From Gemmatimonadota bacterium (GTDB lineage: Bacteria > Gemmatimonadota > Gemmatimonadetes > Longimicrobiales > Gaopeijiaceae): a stretch of 64,000 nt of DNA. The first letter of the stretch is position 1; each line of letters opens with the position of its first letter. The stretch covers positions 73,010-137,009 of the forward strand of contig JBDHHQ010000006.1 of assembly GCA_039589315.1 (NCBI GenBank). The letters are read 5' to 3'. The position numbers and the translations under genes were made by a program. Under the pieces are notes generated by a model. The model was not told the origin of the DNA and searched no databases. It saw only the letters and a list, made by a program, of their open reading frames with translations. This document shows positions 9,740 through 18,577 of this stretch, one piece after another.

Positions 9740-10390
9740 CTAGCAGTCTCCGGGTGACAGTGTCCGTTGAAGCAGCAGGGCCAGGTCCACGCCGTCCCGA
9801 CCGACCTCCTCCTCCTGCTCGAGCTCCGGCGCGACCGCGGCTACCGCCGCCGCCAATTCGTCGTAGGCGGTCGGATCGATCTCACGGAAGGGAGAGGCCG
9901 TGAACGCCACCCGGCCCTCGGGGTCCAGCACCGCCACCATGCGGGAGCCGGCCGAGCCACTCTCCCTCACCCCCACGCCGAGCTTCCGGAAGGAGTCCCC
10001 GTCGGGATCGGACGCGAACAACATGGGGAAGTCGGCATCCCGGGCCCAGGACGCGAGCTCATCGATGGGGTCCCTGCTTATGGCGATCACGGTGACGCCG
10101 CGCCCACCGCGGAAGATCGTAGCGTACTGATCACGGTACGCTTCCATTTGGATCGTTCACCCACGCGTTCGAGCACGGAAGAAGAACGCGAGCACGACGG
10201 CGTCGCCCCGGAAGTCGCTGAGCCGCACCGGATCGGCCAGAATCCCGTAGCGAGTGGCTCCCGGAAGCTCGAAGTCGGGTGCCATCGTACCGACAGCGAT
10301 CGGATCCGGGTCGACGGCTTGCGCGCTCAGGGGAACGACGACAGCGCAGAGCGCGGCCGCGATGAGCAGTGCTGTGCGGAAGAGGCGCAT
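9740..10390 (-). CDS. Exported BCP/PrxQ-like peroxiredoxin with in-frame UGA (probable selenocysteine)
   Basis: ORFs 10157-10426 and 9740-10147 are one frame: ..APDFELP..VRLSDFRG.AVVLAFFFRARTRG-TGA(10159-10157)-TIQMEAYRD..VIAISRD..FASD. TGA lies at the peroxidatic Cys position of TxxC; signal peptide ends LSAQA. Confidence 0.85.
10121..10142 (-). promoter_or_regulatory. Putative bacterial SECIS hairpin
   Basis: mRNA AGCGUAC-CGUGAUCA-GUACGCU: perfect 7-bp stem starting 14 nt after the UGA. Confidence 0.65.
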
Positions 10391-10531
10391 GGGCTGGTCC
10401 AGCTGGAGTGTCAGTTGGGCGGGCAACGCGTCAGTATAGGGCCTGGACGACGGCGCCGGCTACCACCAGCGCGACAACCTGCGCGTGACGCAGAGGCTGC
10501 TGGAAGATCTGGGTAGCCACGATCCCCATCC

Positions 10532-10734
10532 GACTCGGGCCTCTCCGGCGCGACGCGAGCCCTTCCGGCAGCTCGGGCCCTTCCTCCGCAGCCCAGAGCC
10601 CCTCCGCCGCGACTCGGGCCCATCCGCCGCAGCCAGAGCCCCTCCGCCGCGTCTCGGGCCCTTCTGCCGCAGCCTGGAGCACCTCCGCTGCAACTCGGGC
10701 CCTTCCGCCGCGACGGCAGCCCCTTCGCTGCAAC
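10532..10734. repeat. Degenerate ~20-bp tandem repeat (alternating 40-bp higher-order unit), about 10 subunits
   Basis: Alternating (g/a)actcgggcccttccgccgc and agccagagcccctccgccgc-like units, in an intergenic region. Confidence 0.75.
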
Positions 10735-10932
10735 CAGGGTGGAGGAGTGACAGTCCAAGGGGGGAACTCGGGGGCGGTTCGATTGTTACAACGTCCATCG
10801 TCGCATGGCAGCTTCAGCCCCTCCGCTTTCAGTCGGAACCGAGGCGGAGGCGTTTTCTTGTCGGGCCCCGGGGCCAGCACGCCCAGCGGCACCTGTTGTT
10901 CATGAGCTTCAATCGCGTGGGGTAGGCCGATC

Positions 10933-13302
10933 GTGAGGCAATCAACGAGCATTCTGTCGGTCGCGCTGCTGGCTTCGTTGGCGGCAACGTCCGGGCTTCA
11001 GGCACAGGGGTATGGCACCTCGGTGGCGGTGGGGGAGGACGAGGTGGTCGTGGCCGAGCCCCTGGTCGAAACCGGCCCGGGAGCGGTGTTCGTGTACTCC
11101 AAGGACGGCGGCGAGTGGGTGGAGGCGCAACGGGTGGAGGCATCCGACGCCTCCCAGGGAGACCACTTCGGCAGGGCGCTGGACCTGGACGGCAACACGC
11201 TGATTGTCGGTGCCACGGTCCGGGAGAACACCCGGGGTGCCGCGTACGTGTTCGAGCGGAGCGCCGACGGAGCCTGGGCCGAATCCCAGATTCTGCTCGC
11301 GAGCGATGGAGCCGACGGCGACGCCTTTGGCCGGGTCGTGGCCGTCGAGGGTGACGTCGCGTTGGTCTCGACATGGGGACACGCGGACGGCCAGGGCGCA
11401 GTCTACGTGTTTCGACGGGACGCCTCTGGCTCGTGGTTCGAGGACGCCAAGCTCATGGGGAGCGACATCCGGCCGAACGAGTGGTTCGGGATGAGCCTCG
11501 CCGTTCACGGCGAGACGGTTCTGGTGGGAGCTCCACAGAAGAACGGCAACCGTGGTGCGGTCTACGTGTTCCGCCGCGACGCGGAATCGGACGCGTGGTT
11601 GGAGGCAGCGATTCTCTCCGAGGAGCTTCCTCAGAACGCGTCGTTCGGGATGGCCGTGGCGCTCAGCGGCGGCCGCGCCCTGGTGGGGGCACCCGGTCTC
11701 TACAGCGGAAGCGGGATCGTCTTCGACTACCGCCTCGACCCGGAGGCCGGTTGGGTGGCGACCGGCGCCCTCAGCGCGTTCGATGCAGCCCTTCCCGGCG
11801 CTCAGTTCGGCACGACGATCGTGGACAGGGGGCAGGAGGTGTGGATCTCGGCCCCTGGAGCCGTCGGCGCGTCCGGGGCCGCGTACGTCTACCGGCGCAG
11901 TGAAGAGGGCGAGTGGCGCGGAACCGACAAGGTCATGGTGCAGAACGAGGCCGGTGACCGCTTCGCCACGACCTTGGCCGTCAACGGACAGTTGGCCGTG
12001 GCCGGCGCCGTGGGAGACGACTACGGCGCCGGCACTGCGGTCATCATCGAGCGAGGTGAGCGGGAGTGGGCCGCTGTCTCTCGTGTCTGGAGCGAGGCCC
12101 AGACCCTGGACCCGCTCCTGGGTGGCAAGATCGAGTGCTCGGACGGCAAGGCGGCCTTGTTCGACTGCTCGGACGTGGACGTCCTCTCGTTCCTGCCGGT
12201 GCGGGAGATCGGCGGCTCACGGGGTGTACAGCTCAATGACGTGTGGGGGTGGGTCGATCCGGAGACCGGTCGCGAGTACGCTCTCGTCGGGCGGATGGAC
12301 GGGACGTCCTTCATCGACGTGACCGATGCCGCCAACCCCGCCTACCTGGGCAACCTCCCCAAGCCGGAGCAGGCGCGCGCCAACGTGTGGAGAGACATCA
12401 AGGTGTACGCCGACCACGCTTACGTCGTCGCCGACGGAGCAGGGGAGCACGGCATGCAGGTCTTCGACCTGCGCCAGCTTCGCGACGTCACGGCCGGGCC
12501 TGTCACGTTTCAGGAGATCGCCCACTACGACGGAATCCACAGCGCGCACAACATCGTGATCAACGAGGACACGGGCTTCGCCTACGTCGTGGGCAGCAAC
12601 GGCGGCGGCAACAGCTGCGGCGGTGGCCTCCACATGATCGACATCCGCTCTCCGTCCAATCCGGTGTTCGCCGGTTGCTTCTTCGACACCGAGACGGGGA
12701 ATCAGGGCACCGGCTACAGCCACGATGCCCAGTGCGTCACCTATCACGGGCCCGACGAGGACTACCAGGGAAGCGAGATTTGCTTCGGAGCCAACGAGAC
12801 CGCGCTGAGCATCGCCGACGTCACCGACAAGGCGGAACCCGTGGCGTTGGCCAGCGCCTCGTACCCGAACGTCGGGTACTCCCACCAGGGTTGGCTCGAC
12901 GAGGAGCACCGGTACCTCTACATGAACGACGAGCTCGACGAGTCCGCCGGCACCGTCGTAGGCACGCGGACGTTGGTCTGGGACGTGACCGATCTCGACG
13001 ATCCCATTCTCGTGAAGGAGCACTTCGCCGAGAACGGCGCCACCGACCACAACCTGTACGTCAGGGGCGACTTGATGTACCAATCCAACTACCTGAGCGG
13101 CCTCCGGGTGTTGGACATCAGTGATCGCGAGAATCCGGTCGAGGTCGGGTACTTCGACACGGTGCCGTGGGGGGAGGATTCGCCTGAGATGGACGGCTCG
13201 TGGAGCAACTACCCGTACTTCGCCAGCGGGACGATCGTGGTGACCAGCCAGCGGGAAGGCGTCTTCTTCCTTCAGAAACGGGAGCGGAATCTGCTGCCCT
13301 GA
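10933..13302 (+). CDS. Secreted FG-GAP repeat + choice-of-anchor B family protein (paralog 2)
   Basis: Signal peptide; FG-GAP repeats; same C-terminal motifs as 2761-5199 (NDVWGWVDPETGREYA, SAHNIVINEDTGFAYVVG, GYSHDAQC, GSWSNYPYF). Confidence 0.88.
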   Translation: MRQSTSILSVALLASLAATSGLQAQGYGTSVAVGEDEVVVAEPLVETGPGAVFVYSKDGGEWVEAQRVEASDASQGDHFGRALDLDGNTLIVGATVRENTRGAAYVFERSADGAWAESQILLASDGADGDAFGRVVAVEGDVALVSTWGHADGQGAVYVFRRDASGSWFEDAKLMGSDIRPNEWFGMSLAVHGETVLVGAPQKNGNRGAVYVFRRDAESDAWLEAAILSEELPQNASFGMAVALSGGRALVGAPGLYSGSGIVFDYRLDPEAGWVATGALSAFDAALPGAQFGTTIVDRGQEVWISAPGAVGASGAAYVYRRSEEGEWRGTDKVMVQNEAGDRFATTLAVNGQLAVAGAVGDDYGAGTAVIIERGEREWAAVSRVWSEAQTLDPLLGGKIECSDGKAALFDCSDVDVLSFLPVREIGGSRGVQLNDVWGWVDPETGREYALVGRMDGTSFIDVTDAANPAYLGNLPKPEQARANVWRDIKVYADHAYVVADGAGEHGMQVFDLRQLRDVTAGPVTFQEIAHYDGIHSAHNIVINEDTGFAYVVGSNGGGNSCGGGLHMIDIRSPSNPVFAGCFFDTETGNQGTGYSHDAQCVTYHGPDEDYQGSEICFGANETALSIADVTDKAEPVALASASYPNVGYSHQGWLDEEHRYLYMNDELDESAGTVVGTRTLVWDVTDLDDPILVKEHFAENGATDHNLYVRGDLMYQSNYLSGLRVLDISDRENPVEVGYFDTVPWGEDSPEMDGSWSNYPYFASGTIVVTSQREGVFFLQKRERNLLP

Positions 13303-13327
13303 CGGGCGCAGCTTGCCGGCCGGGCCC

Positions 13328-14419
13328 ATGACCGTGAACGCATCTCACGCCTCTCTCACTGCCGGTCGACGCCGGGGCGCGGCACTGCCCATGGCGCTCG
13401 TGGCGATGGCCGCCACAGCCCCTCTGTCCGTCTCCGGCCAAGAGGGCCCCTACCTCTACGCAGCCGGCCAAGGCGCTGCCACGGTGTCCGTCATCGACGT
13501 GGGGTCCCTCGAGGTCGTGGAGACCGTCGACCTGCGGACCCTCGGCTTCTCGGGGAACGCCAAACCTCATCACATCGTCGTCGAGCCCGATGGGTCTGCG
13601 TGGTACCTGTCGCTCATCGGCGAGAATCGGGTGCTGAAGTTCGATCGAGACAACGCCCTCGTCGGTCAGGTGGAGCTGGAGGTACCGGGCATGCTGGCCA
13701 TCCACCCGAGGGAAGACCTCTTGTACGTGGGCCGCTCCATGAGCGCGGTGAACCCGCCTCGGCGGATCGGCATCGTCGACCGGTCGGACATGTCCGGCGA
13801 TGAACTCGACGTCCTCTTCCCGCGGCCACACGCGCTCGCCGTCCGTCCCGAAGGCGACTTCGTCTACTCCGCCAGTCTCGCGGCCAACCAGATGGCGACC
13901 ATCGAGACGGATACCGACGCAGTCACGCTGGCCGAGTTGGAGGGAGAGACCCACACCCTCGTACAGTTCGCGATCTCGCCGGACGGGAGCACGCTGGTGG
14001 CGACCGGTCAGCTCACCGGGTTGCTCCTCGTCTTCGACCTGGCCGACCCGGCATCGCCGCGGCTCGTCGACACCATCGCGGTGGGCGCGCACCCCTGGCA
14101 CCCGGTTTTCACGCCGGACGGCCGGTACGTGTACTTCGGCAACAAGCTCGCGAACACCGTCACGGTGATCGACGTGGAGGAACGGCGCGTGGCCAAGGTG
14201 GTCGAGGGATACGGCATCTCGGAGCCCCACGGAAGCGCCGTGTCCCCGGACGGCCGCTTCGCGTTCATCGCGAGCAACAATCTGGGCGGCGCGTACGCGT
14301 CCGACGACGGGTCGAGACCCGGCACGGTAACCGTGATCGACACGTCCACCTACGAGATCGTCGCCGTGGTCGAGGTGGGAGAAAACGCCACAGGCCTGGG
14401 GATCCGGCCTCCGTCGTGA
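13328..14419 (+). CDS. YncE/YVTN-type secreted beta-propeller protein
   Basis: Repeats TVSVID, PHHIVVEPDG, PHALAVRPEG, PWHPVFTPDG..YVY, PHGSAVSPDG. Confidence 0.85.
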   Translation: MTVNASHASLTAGRRRGAALPMALVAMAATAPLSVSGQEGPYLYAAGQGAATVSVIDVGSLEVVETVDLRTLGFSGNAKPHHIVVEPDGSAWYLSLIGENRVLKFDRDNALVGQVELEVPGMLAIHPREDLLYVGRSMSAVNPPRRIGIVDRSDMSGDELDVLFPRPHALAVRPEGDFVYSASLAANQMATIETDTDAVTLAELEGETHTLVQFAISPDGSTLVATGQLTGLLLVFDLADPASPRLVDTIAVGAHPWHPVFTPDGRYVYFGNKLANTVTVIDVEERRVAKVVEGYGISEPHGSAVSPDGRFAFIASNNLGGAYASDDGSRPGTVTVIDTSTYEIVAVVEVGENATGLGIRPPS

Positions 14420-14595
14420 GCCGGTTGGGGGACCGTGAGCCTGCGATCCCGGATCGAGTGACCCGACGAGGGCTCCGGCCGGCGCCGGCTCCATCGCCTG
14501 CCTGGTCCGCATCGCCGCCACATTGGTCCGACCCGAGTCTCGCTGCGGCGTGGTGGTCTCGACACGCAGTCGACGCTTCAACGCGACTCCACGCC

Positions 14596-16479
14596 ATGCC
14601 ATCGATGCCCCCGAGGTCCGCCGCGACTCGGTCTCGCCCGCGGCGGCTTCACCCCACTGCGCCTGCTGTCGCTCTGCCGTTTATGGCCGTGGTACTGGCC
14701 AGCTGCGCGCCGTCGACAGGTGTCGGGAGCTCAGGACCATCCCCTAGCGTCGAGACTACCGACTGGGAGCGGAGCGTCGACGGGGCATTCGCGGCGGACG
14801 AGGACGGCGTACCCTTCGCCTTTCCGTTCCTCGGGGGACTCAACGTCCCGCGGCCCCAGTTCGTCGACATCGACGCCGACGGCGACCTGGACCTGTTCGT
14901 CCAGGAGCGCACCAACGACCTCATGTTCCTCGAGAACGTGGGCTCGGCGACGGCCGCGGTCTTCGAGTGGCGTACCGACCGGTTCATGAATCTCGGCCTT
15001 GGTGAGTGGAACCGCTTCACGGACCTCGATGCCGACGGCGACCTGGATCTGCTGGCCGAGGAGCCGTTCAGCTACGTCCGCTACTACCGGAATGACGGAA
15101 GCCCCCAAGCCCCGGCGTTCGTCCTGCTCCCGGACTCCGTGCTGGACGCCGAAGGGGAGCCGGTCTTCTCGGATCGGCAGAACATCCCCTCGGTGGCGGA
15201 CATCGACTGCGACGGTCTCCCGGACCTGTTCCTGGGACGGGTCGAAGGGACCGTTACCCGATACGAGATGGTGCCCGGGACAGGCGCTGATCCCCGGTTC
15301 CGCTTCGTCACTGGCCGCTTCGAGGACATCGAGATCGTGAACCAACTCGGGAGCCTGCACGGGGCCAACAGCATGGCCTTCGCCGACCATGACGGCGACG
15401 GCGACGCGGACCTCTACTGGGGAGACTTCTTCGAGCCGGGTCTGCTCATCATCGAGAACCGGGGGTCGTGCGATGCCCCGAATCTACGGAGCGCGCCCGG
15501 TCCGGTCCCCGCCACCGCGCCCATCTCCACCAGCGGCTTCAACGCCCCCATGCCTGCGGATATCGACGGTGACGGGGACCTGGACCTCTTCGTCGGCGTG
15601 CTCGGCGGCGCGTTCAACCCCAACCGCACGGCTTCGGACAACTTCCACCTGTACGAGCGTCTGGCGGACGGCACCGTCGAGCTGCGCACGACCCGTTACC
15701 TCGACGGCATCGATGTGGGAAGCGAGTCCCTCACCGTCCTGCGGGACCTCGACGCCGACAGCGACCTGGACCTTCTGATCTCAAACAAGATCGACGCGCA
15801 CGACCTTCAACGAGCCAGCCTCTACCGCTTCGACAACGTGGGCACGCCCACGGAGCCGAGGTTCCGCGCAGCGGGTACCTTCGACGTGGGCCGCGATTAT
15901 CACATGGCGCCGGCATTCGGGGATCTGGACGGGGACGGAGACGACGACCTGCTGCTGGGAACCTGGAACAAGGGTGTGGCCCTGCTCTTGAATGTCGGCA
16001 CGCCCGAGGCTCCCCGCTTCACCGTAGCCGACTCGCAGTTCGTGAAGCTCACCCGGGGAAGCAACACCACGCCGACGCTGGGTGACCTGGACGCCGACGG
16101 TGACCTGGACCTCGTCATCGGAGAAGCATCGGGGACGCTGAACTACTACCGGAACATCGGGTCCTCCGCCGAGCCGCGCTTCGAGTTGGTGAGCGATGAG
16201 TACGGCGGCTTCGATGTGGGTCGCCGGAGCGCTCCAACGCTGGTGGACGCTGACGGAGACCAGGACCTGGATCTGATCGTCGGACGGGAGACGGGAGGTG
16301 TCTCGTTCTTCCGGAACGTCGGCACGCGCGCTGCTCCGGAGTTCGAGGAGGCCGAGGCGCCCGACCTGCCGCTCTGGTCCTTCGCGACTCCTTCGTTCGG
16401 TGATCTTGATGGGGACGGCGATCTGGATCTGGTGTCAGGGTCGGGAGCAGGTGGGGTGCTCTACCTGGAAGCGCGCTAG
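14596..16479 (+). CDS. FG-GAP/VCBS repeat lipoprotein (Ca-binding DxDxDGDxDL repeats)
   Basis: Many DxDGDGDLDL repeats, YYRNxG motifs, lipobox LASC; start uncertain. Confidence 0.85.
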   Translation: MPSMPPRSAATRSRPRRLHPTAPAVALPFMAVVLASCAPSTGVGSSGPSPSVETTDWERSVDGAFAADEDGVPFAFPFLGGLNVPRPQFVDIDADGDLDLFVQERTNDLMFLENVGSATAAVFEWRTDRFMNLGLGEWNRFTDLDADGDLDLLAEEPFSYVRYYRNDGSPQAPAFVLLPDSVLDAEGEPVFSDRQNIPSVADIDCDGLPDLFLGRVEGTVTRYEMVPGTGADPRFRFVTGRFEDIEIVNQLGSLHGANSMAFADHDGDGDADLYWGDFFEPGLLIIENRGSCDAPNLRSAPGPVPATAPISTSGFNAPMPADIDGDGDLDLFVGVLGGAFNPNRTASDNFHLYERLADGTVELRTTRYLDGIDVGSESLTVLRDLDADSDLDLLISNKIDAHDLQRASLYRFDNVGTPTEPRFRAAGTFDVGRDYHMAPAFGDLDGDGDDDLLLGTWNKGVALLLNVGTPEAPRFTVADSQFVKLTRGSNTTPTLGDLDADGDLDLVIGEASGTLNYYRNIGSSAEPRFELVSDEYGGFDVGRRSAPTLVDADGDQDLDLIVGRETGGVSFFRNVGTRAAPEFEEAEAPDLPLWSFATPSFGDLDGDGDLDLVSGSGAGGVLYLEAR

Positions 16480-16588
16480 CCGCCCCCTCCTGTCCGAATC
16501 GCACGCCAGTCGGCCACAGCCGTGCTCTCGGATCGGGCACCGTCCACTCACCAAGCGTCGTTGTCCGATCGCGCCACCCCCACTGCCC

Positions 16589-16672
16589 CGTTCTCGAAAC
16601 GGTGTGCCAATCGCTCCCCGCCGCCGCGTTCTGAAATGGTGTGCCAATCGCTCCCCCTGACGCGTTCTCGAC
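16589..16672. repeat. Short degenerate tandem repeat (~37 bp)
   Basis: cgttct(c)gaaaYggtgtgccaatcgctcccc occurs twice, followed by a partial third cgttctcga. Confidence 0.6.
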
Positions 16673-16817
16673 TCAGCCACCCGCTCACCCTACCGCGCCC
16701 TCCGATCGCACCAGCCGGGAACTCCTACCCGACTTGCGCGTTCCCCGAGGGGAAGCGTGATTGCAGGTCGGTCGGTCCAAGCATACCCATCCTCGAGGGA
16801 GCCGAAGCGTGTCCACC

Positions 16818-17432
16818 ATGCGGCGATTCGTCCTGGGCGCTGCCCTTTCTATCGGGGTCGCCCTGGCTGTGGTCTGGCTCTTCACCGAGATGAGCCCGAT
16901 GGAGCTGGGGCCTGTGGATGGTCACGATCTACCCCCAACCGACCTGGAGCGGGTGGCGGTGGGGAGCGAGGCGCCGGACTTCACGTTGCGTGCCTTCCCC
17001 GAGGGAGCGGTGACCCTGTCCGACTACCGCGGCCAGAGGGATGTGGTCCTGGTCTTCTACAGGGGACACTGGTGACCGTGGTGCGCCCGTCAGTTCGGTG
17101 AACTGAGCGACCTCCTGACGCCCCAGCAGCGTGAGAACATAGAAATCGTGGCGGTCTCGATCGACGATCGGGAGCGGCAGCAGATGATGATCGATCGTGT
17201 CCGTGAGGAGCACGGCATAGAGATCGACTACGTGCTCCTCACCGATACCGATCACCGAGTCATCAATCGGTACGGCCTCTTCAATCCCGACGAGCCCAAG
17301 CATCGACCAGTTCCTCACCCCGCCGTCTACGTCATCGACAAGGACGGGATCGTCCGCTGGAAGTTAGTCGAGGTGAACTACAGGGTCAGAGCGGAGAACG
17401 AAGACATCCTGGCTGCCTTGGCGGACCTCTAG
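16818..17432 (+). CDS. Membrane-anchored AhpC/TSA redoxin with UxxC motif (probable selenoprotein)
   Basis: ORFs 16761-17075 and 17148-17432 are one frame: ..APDFTL..VTLSDYRG..VVLVFYRGHW-TGA(17073-17075)-PWCARQFGEL..IVAVSID..PHPAVYVIDKDGIVRW. The family motif is FYRGxWCPxC. Confidence 0.9.
17090..17106 (+). promoter_or_regulatory. Putative bacterial SECIS hairpin
   Basis: UCAGUUC-GGU-GAACUGA: perfect 7-bp stem starting 14 nt after the UGA, with G in the apical loop. Confidence 0.7.
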
Positions 17433-17754
17433 CTTCCGGAGGCCGTGAGCAAGCGCCTGGCCCGGAGGCCCCGTGTACTGCTTCGCAGGCCCTGCGCCTT
17501 TCGCGGGTTCCTACGCTTCGGGGGCCTCTCGAAGCGTGAGCGGGACCGGTTCCGACGGGGCGCTGGGGTGGGCGGGTCCTTCGCCGTTGGATGGTCTCTC
17601 CCGGTGGACGGTTTCCGCCAATCGTCGGATTGGCCTCCCTCATGCCTGCCCTCGGCTCACGACTCCACCAAGTTCTGCCGTCCCGAGCCACCCTGCCCTC
17701 CGCTCACGCTCCCACCGGATCCTGCCGTCCCGCCCGGCCCTGCCTTCCCACCTC

Positions 17755-18315
17755 TCACGATTCCGAGGGCACTGATCCCAACTTGCTGAAGGCGCTTACG
17801 CTTCTGAAGGCGGCGACGGCCATGCCGAGGTCGAGGGTCTCGCCAGCCCAGAGGGGGGTGGTGGTGAAGGGGTCGGGCACGATACCCCGGCTGCGGTGTT
17901 CGGCGAGGAGGTGCGCCCCCGGCCGATCCGGCAGCCTCGGCACGGGCGCCGAGGTGGGGAGGATCCGTCTTCTGGCCGGTAGGACGTGACGCCGCGCCCC
18001 GGCTCGGGCTCCACCCGGAAGCCGTCGTCGTGCGCGGCTCGGTGATGACGCCGGCAGAGCAGCACGAGGTTGCCGAGGCGCGTGGCACCGCCATCGGCCC
18101 AGTGCGTGACGTGATGGGCGTCGCAGAAGCGGAGGCCGCAGCCCGGGAAGCGGCATCCCCGGTCCCGGTGGTCCAGAGCCCGGCGCAGGGCCGGCGGCAC
18201 GGTACGGGTCTTCCGGCCCACGTCCAGCAGCGCACCGTCGGGGGGCGTGCGTCATGACGACCAGGCCGGTCGCACGCCGAGCGCCGAGACGTTTCCGCGG
18301 AAACGCGCACGCCAG
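17755..18315 (-). pseudogene. Fragment of DUF222/13E12-type HNH endonuclease, multiply frameshifted
   Basis: Pieces in different frames: VSAETSRRSACD / LVVMTHAP / DGALLDVGRKTRTVPPALRRALDHRDRGCRFPGCGLRFCDAHHVTHWADGGATRLGNLVLLCRRHH / PLWAGETLDLGMAV. The N-terminal DUF222 part is missing. Confidence 0.85.
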
Positions 18316-18577
18316 GGTCGGGAGACAGGGGGCGATCGCGAGCATCCGGGCAACCGTCGCTCCCGCAACCGCATCTACACGTGTAGTTGCTCGAATGGCT
18401 GGCCGCCCGAAGGAAGGTTGGGGTGTGCGACGGTGGGCTCGGGTGCGCGACAGCAGGCCACGGTTGCGCGATGGTCCCCCAGAGCGTGGGACACCAGGCC
18501 GAAGCTGTGCGACAGTGGACCCGGAGCGTGGGACACCCGGTGCGAGCATGGGACGACACCTGACCGCGAGGACCGAC

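Noticed and set aside
9740..17432. Genome-wide UGA reassignment (Trp/Gly) as the cause of the in-frame TGAs
   Set aside because: TGA ends many genes here at natural C-termini (e.g. hypE PRIC-TGA, ATGA overlaps), and both read-through sites fall at catalytic Cys positions.
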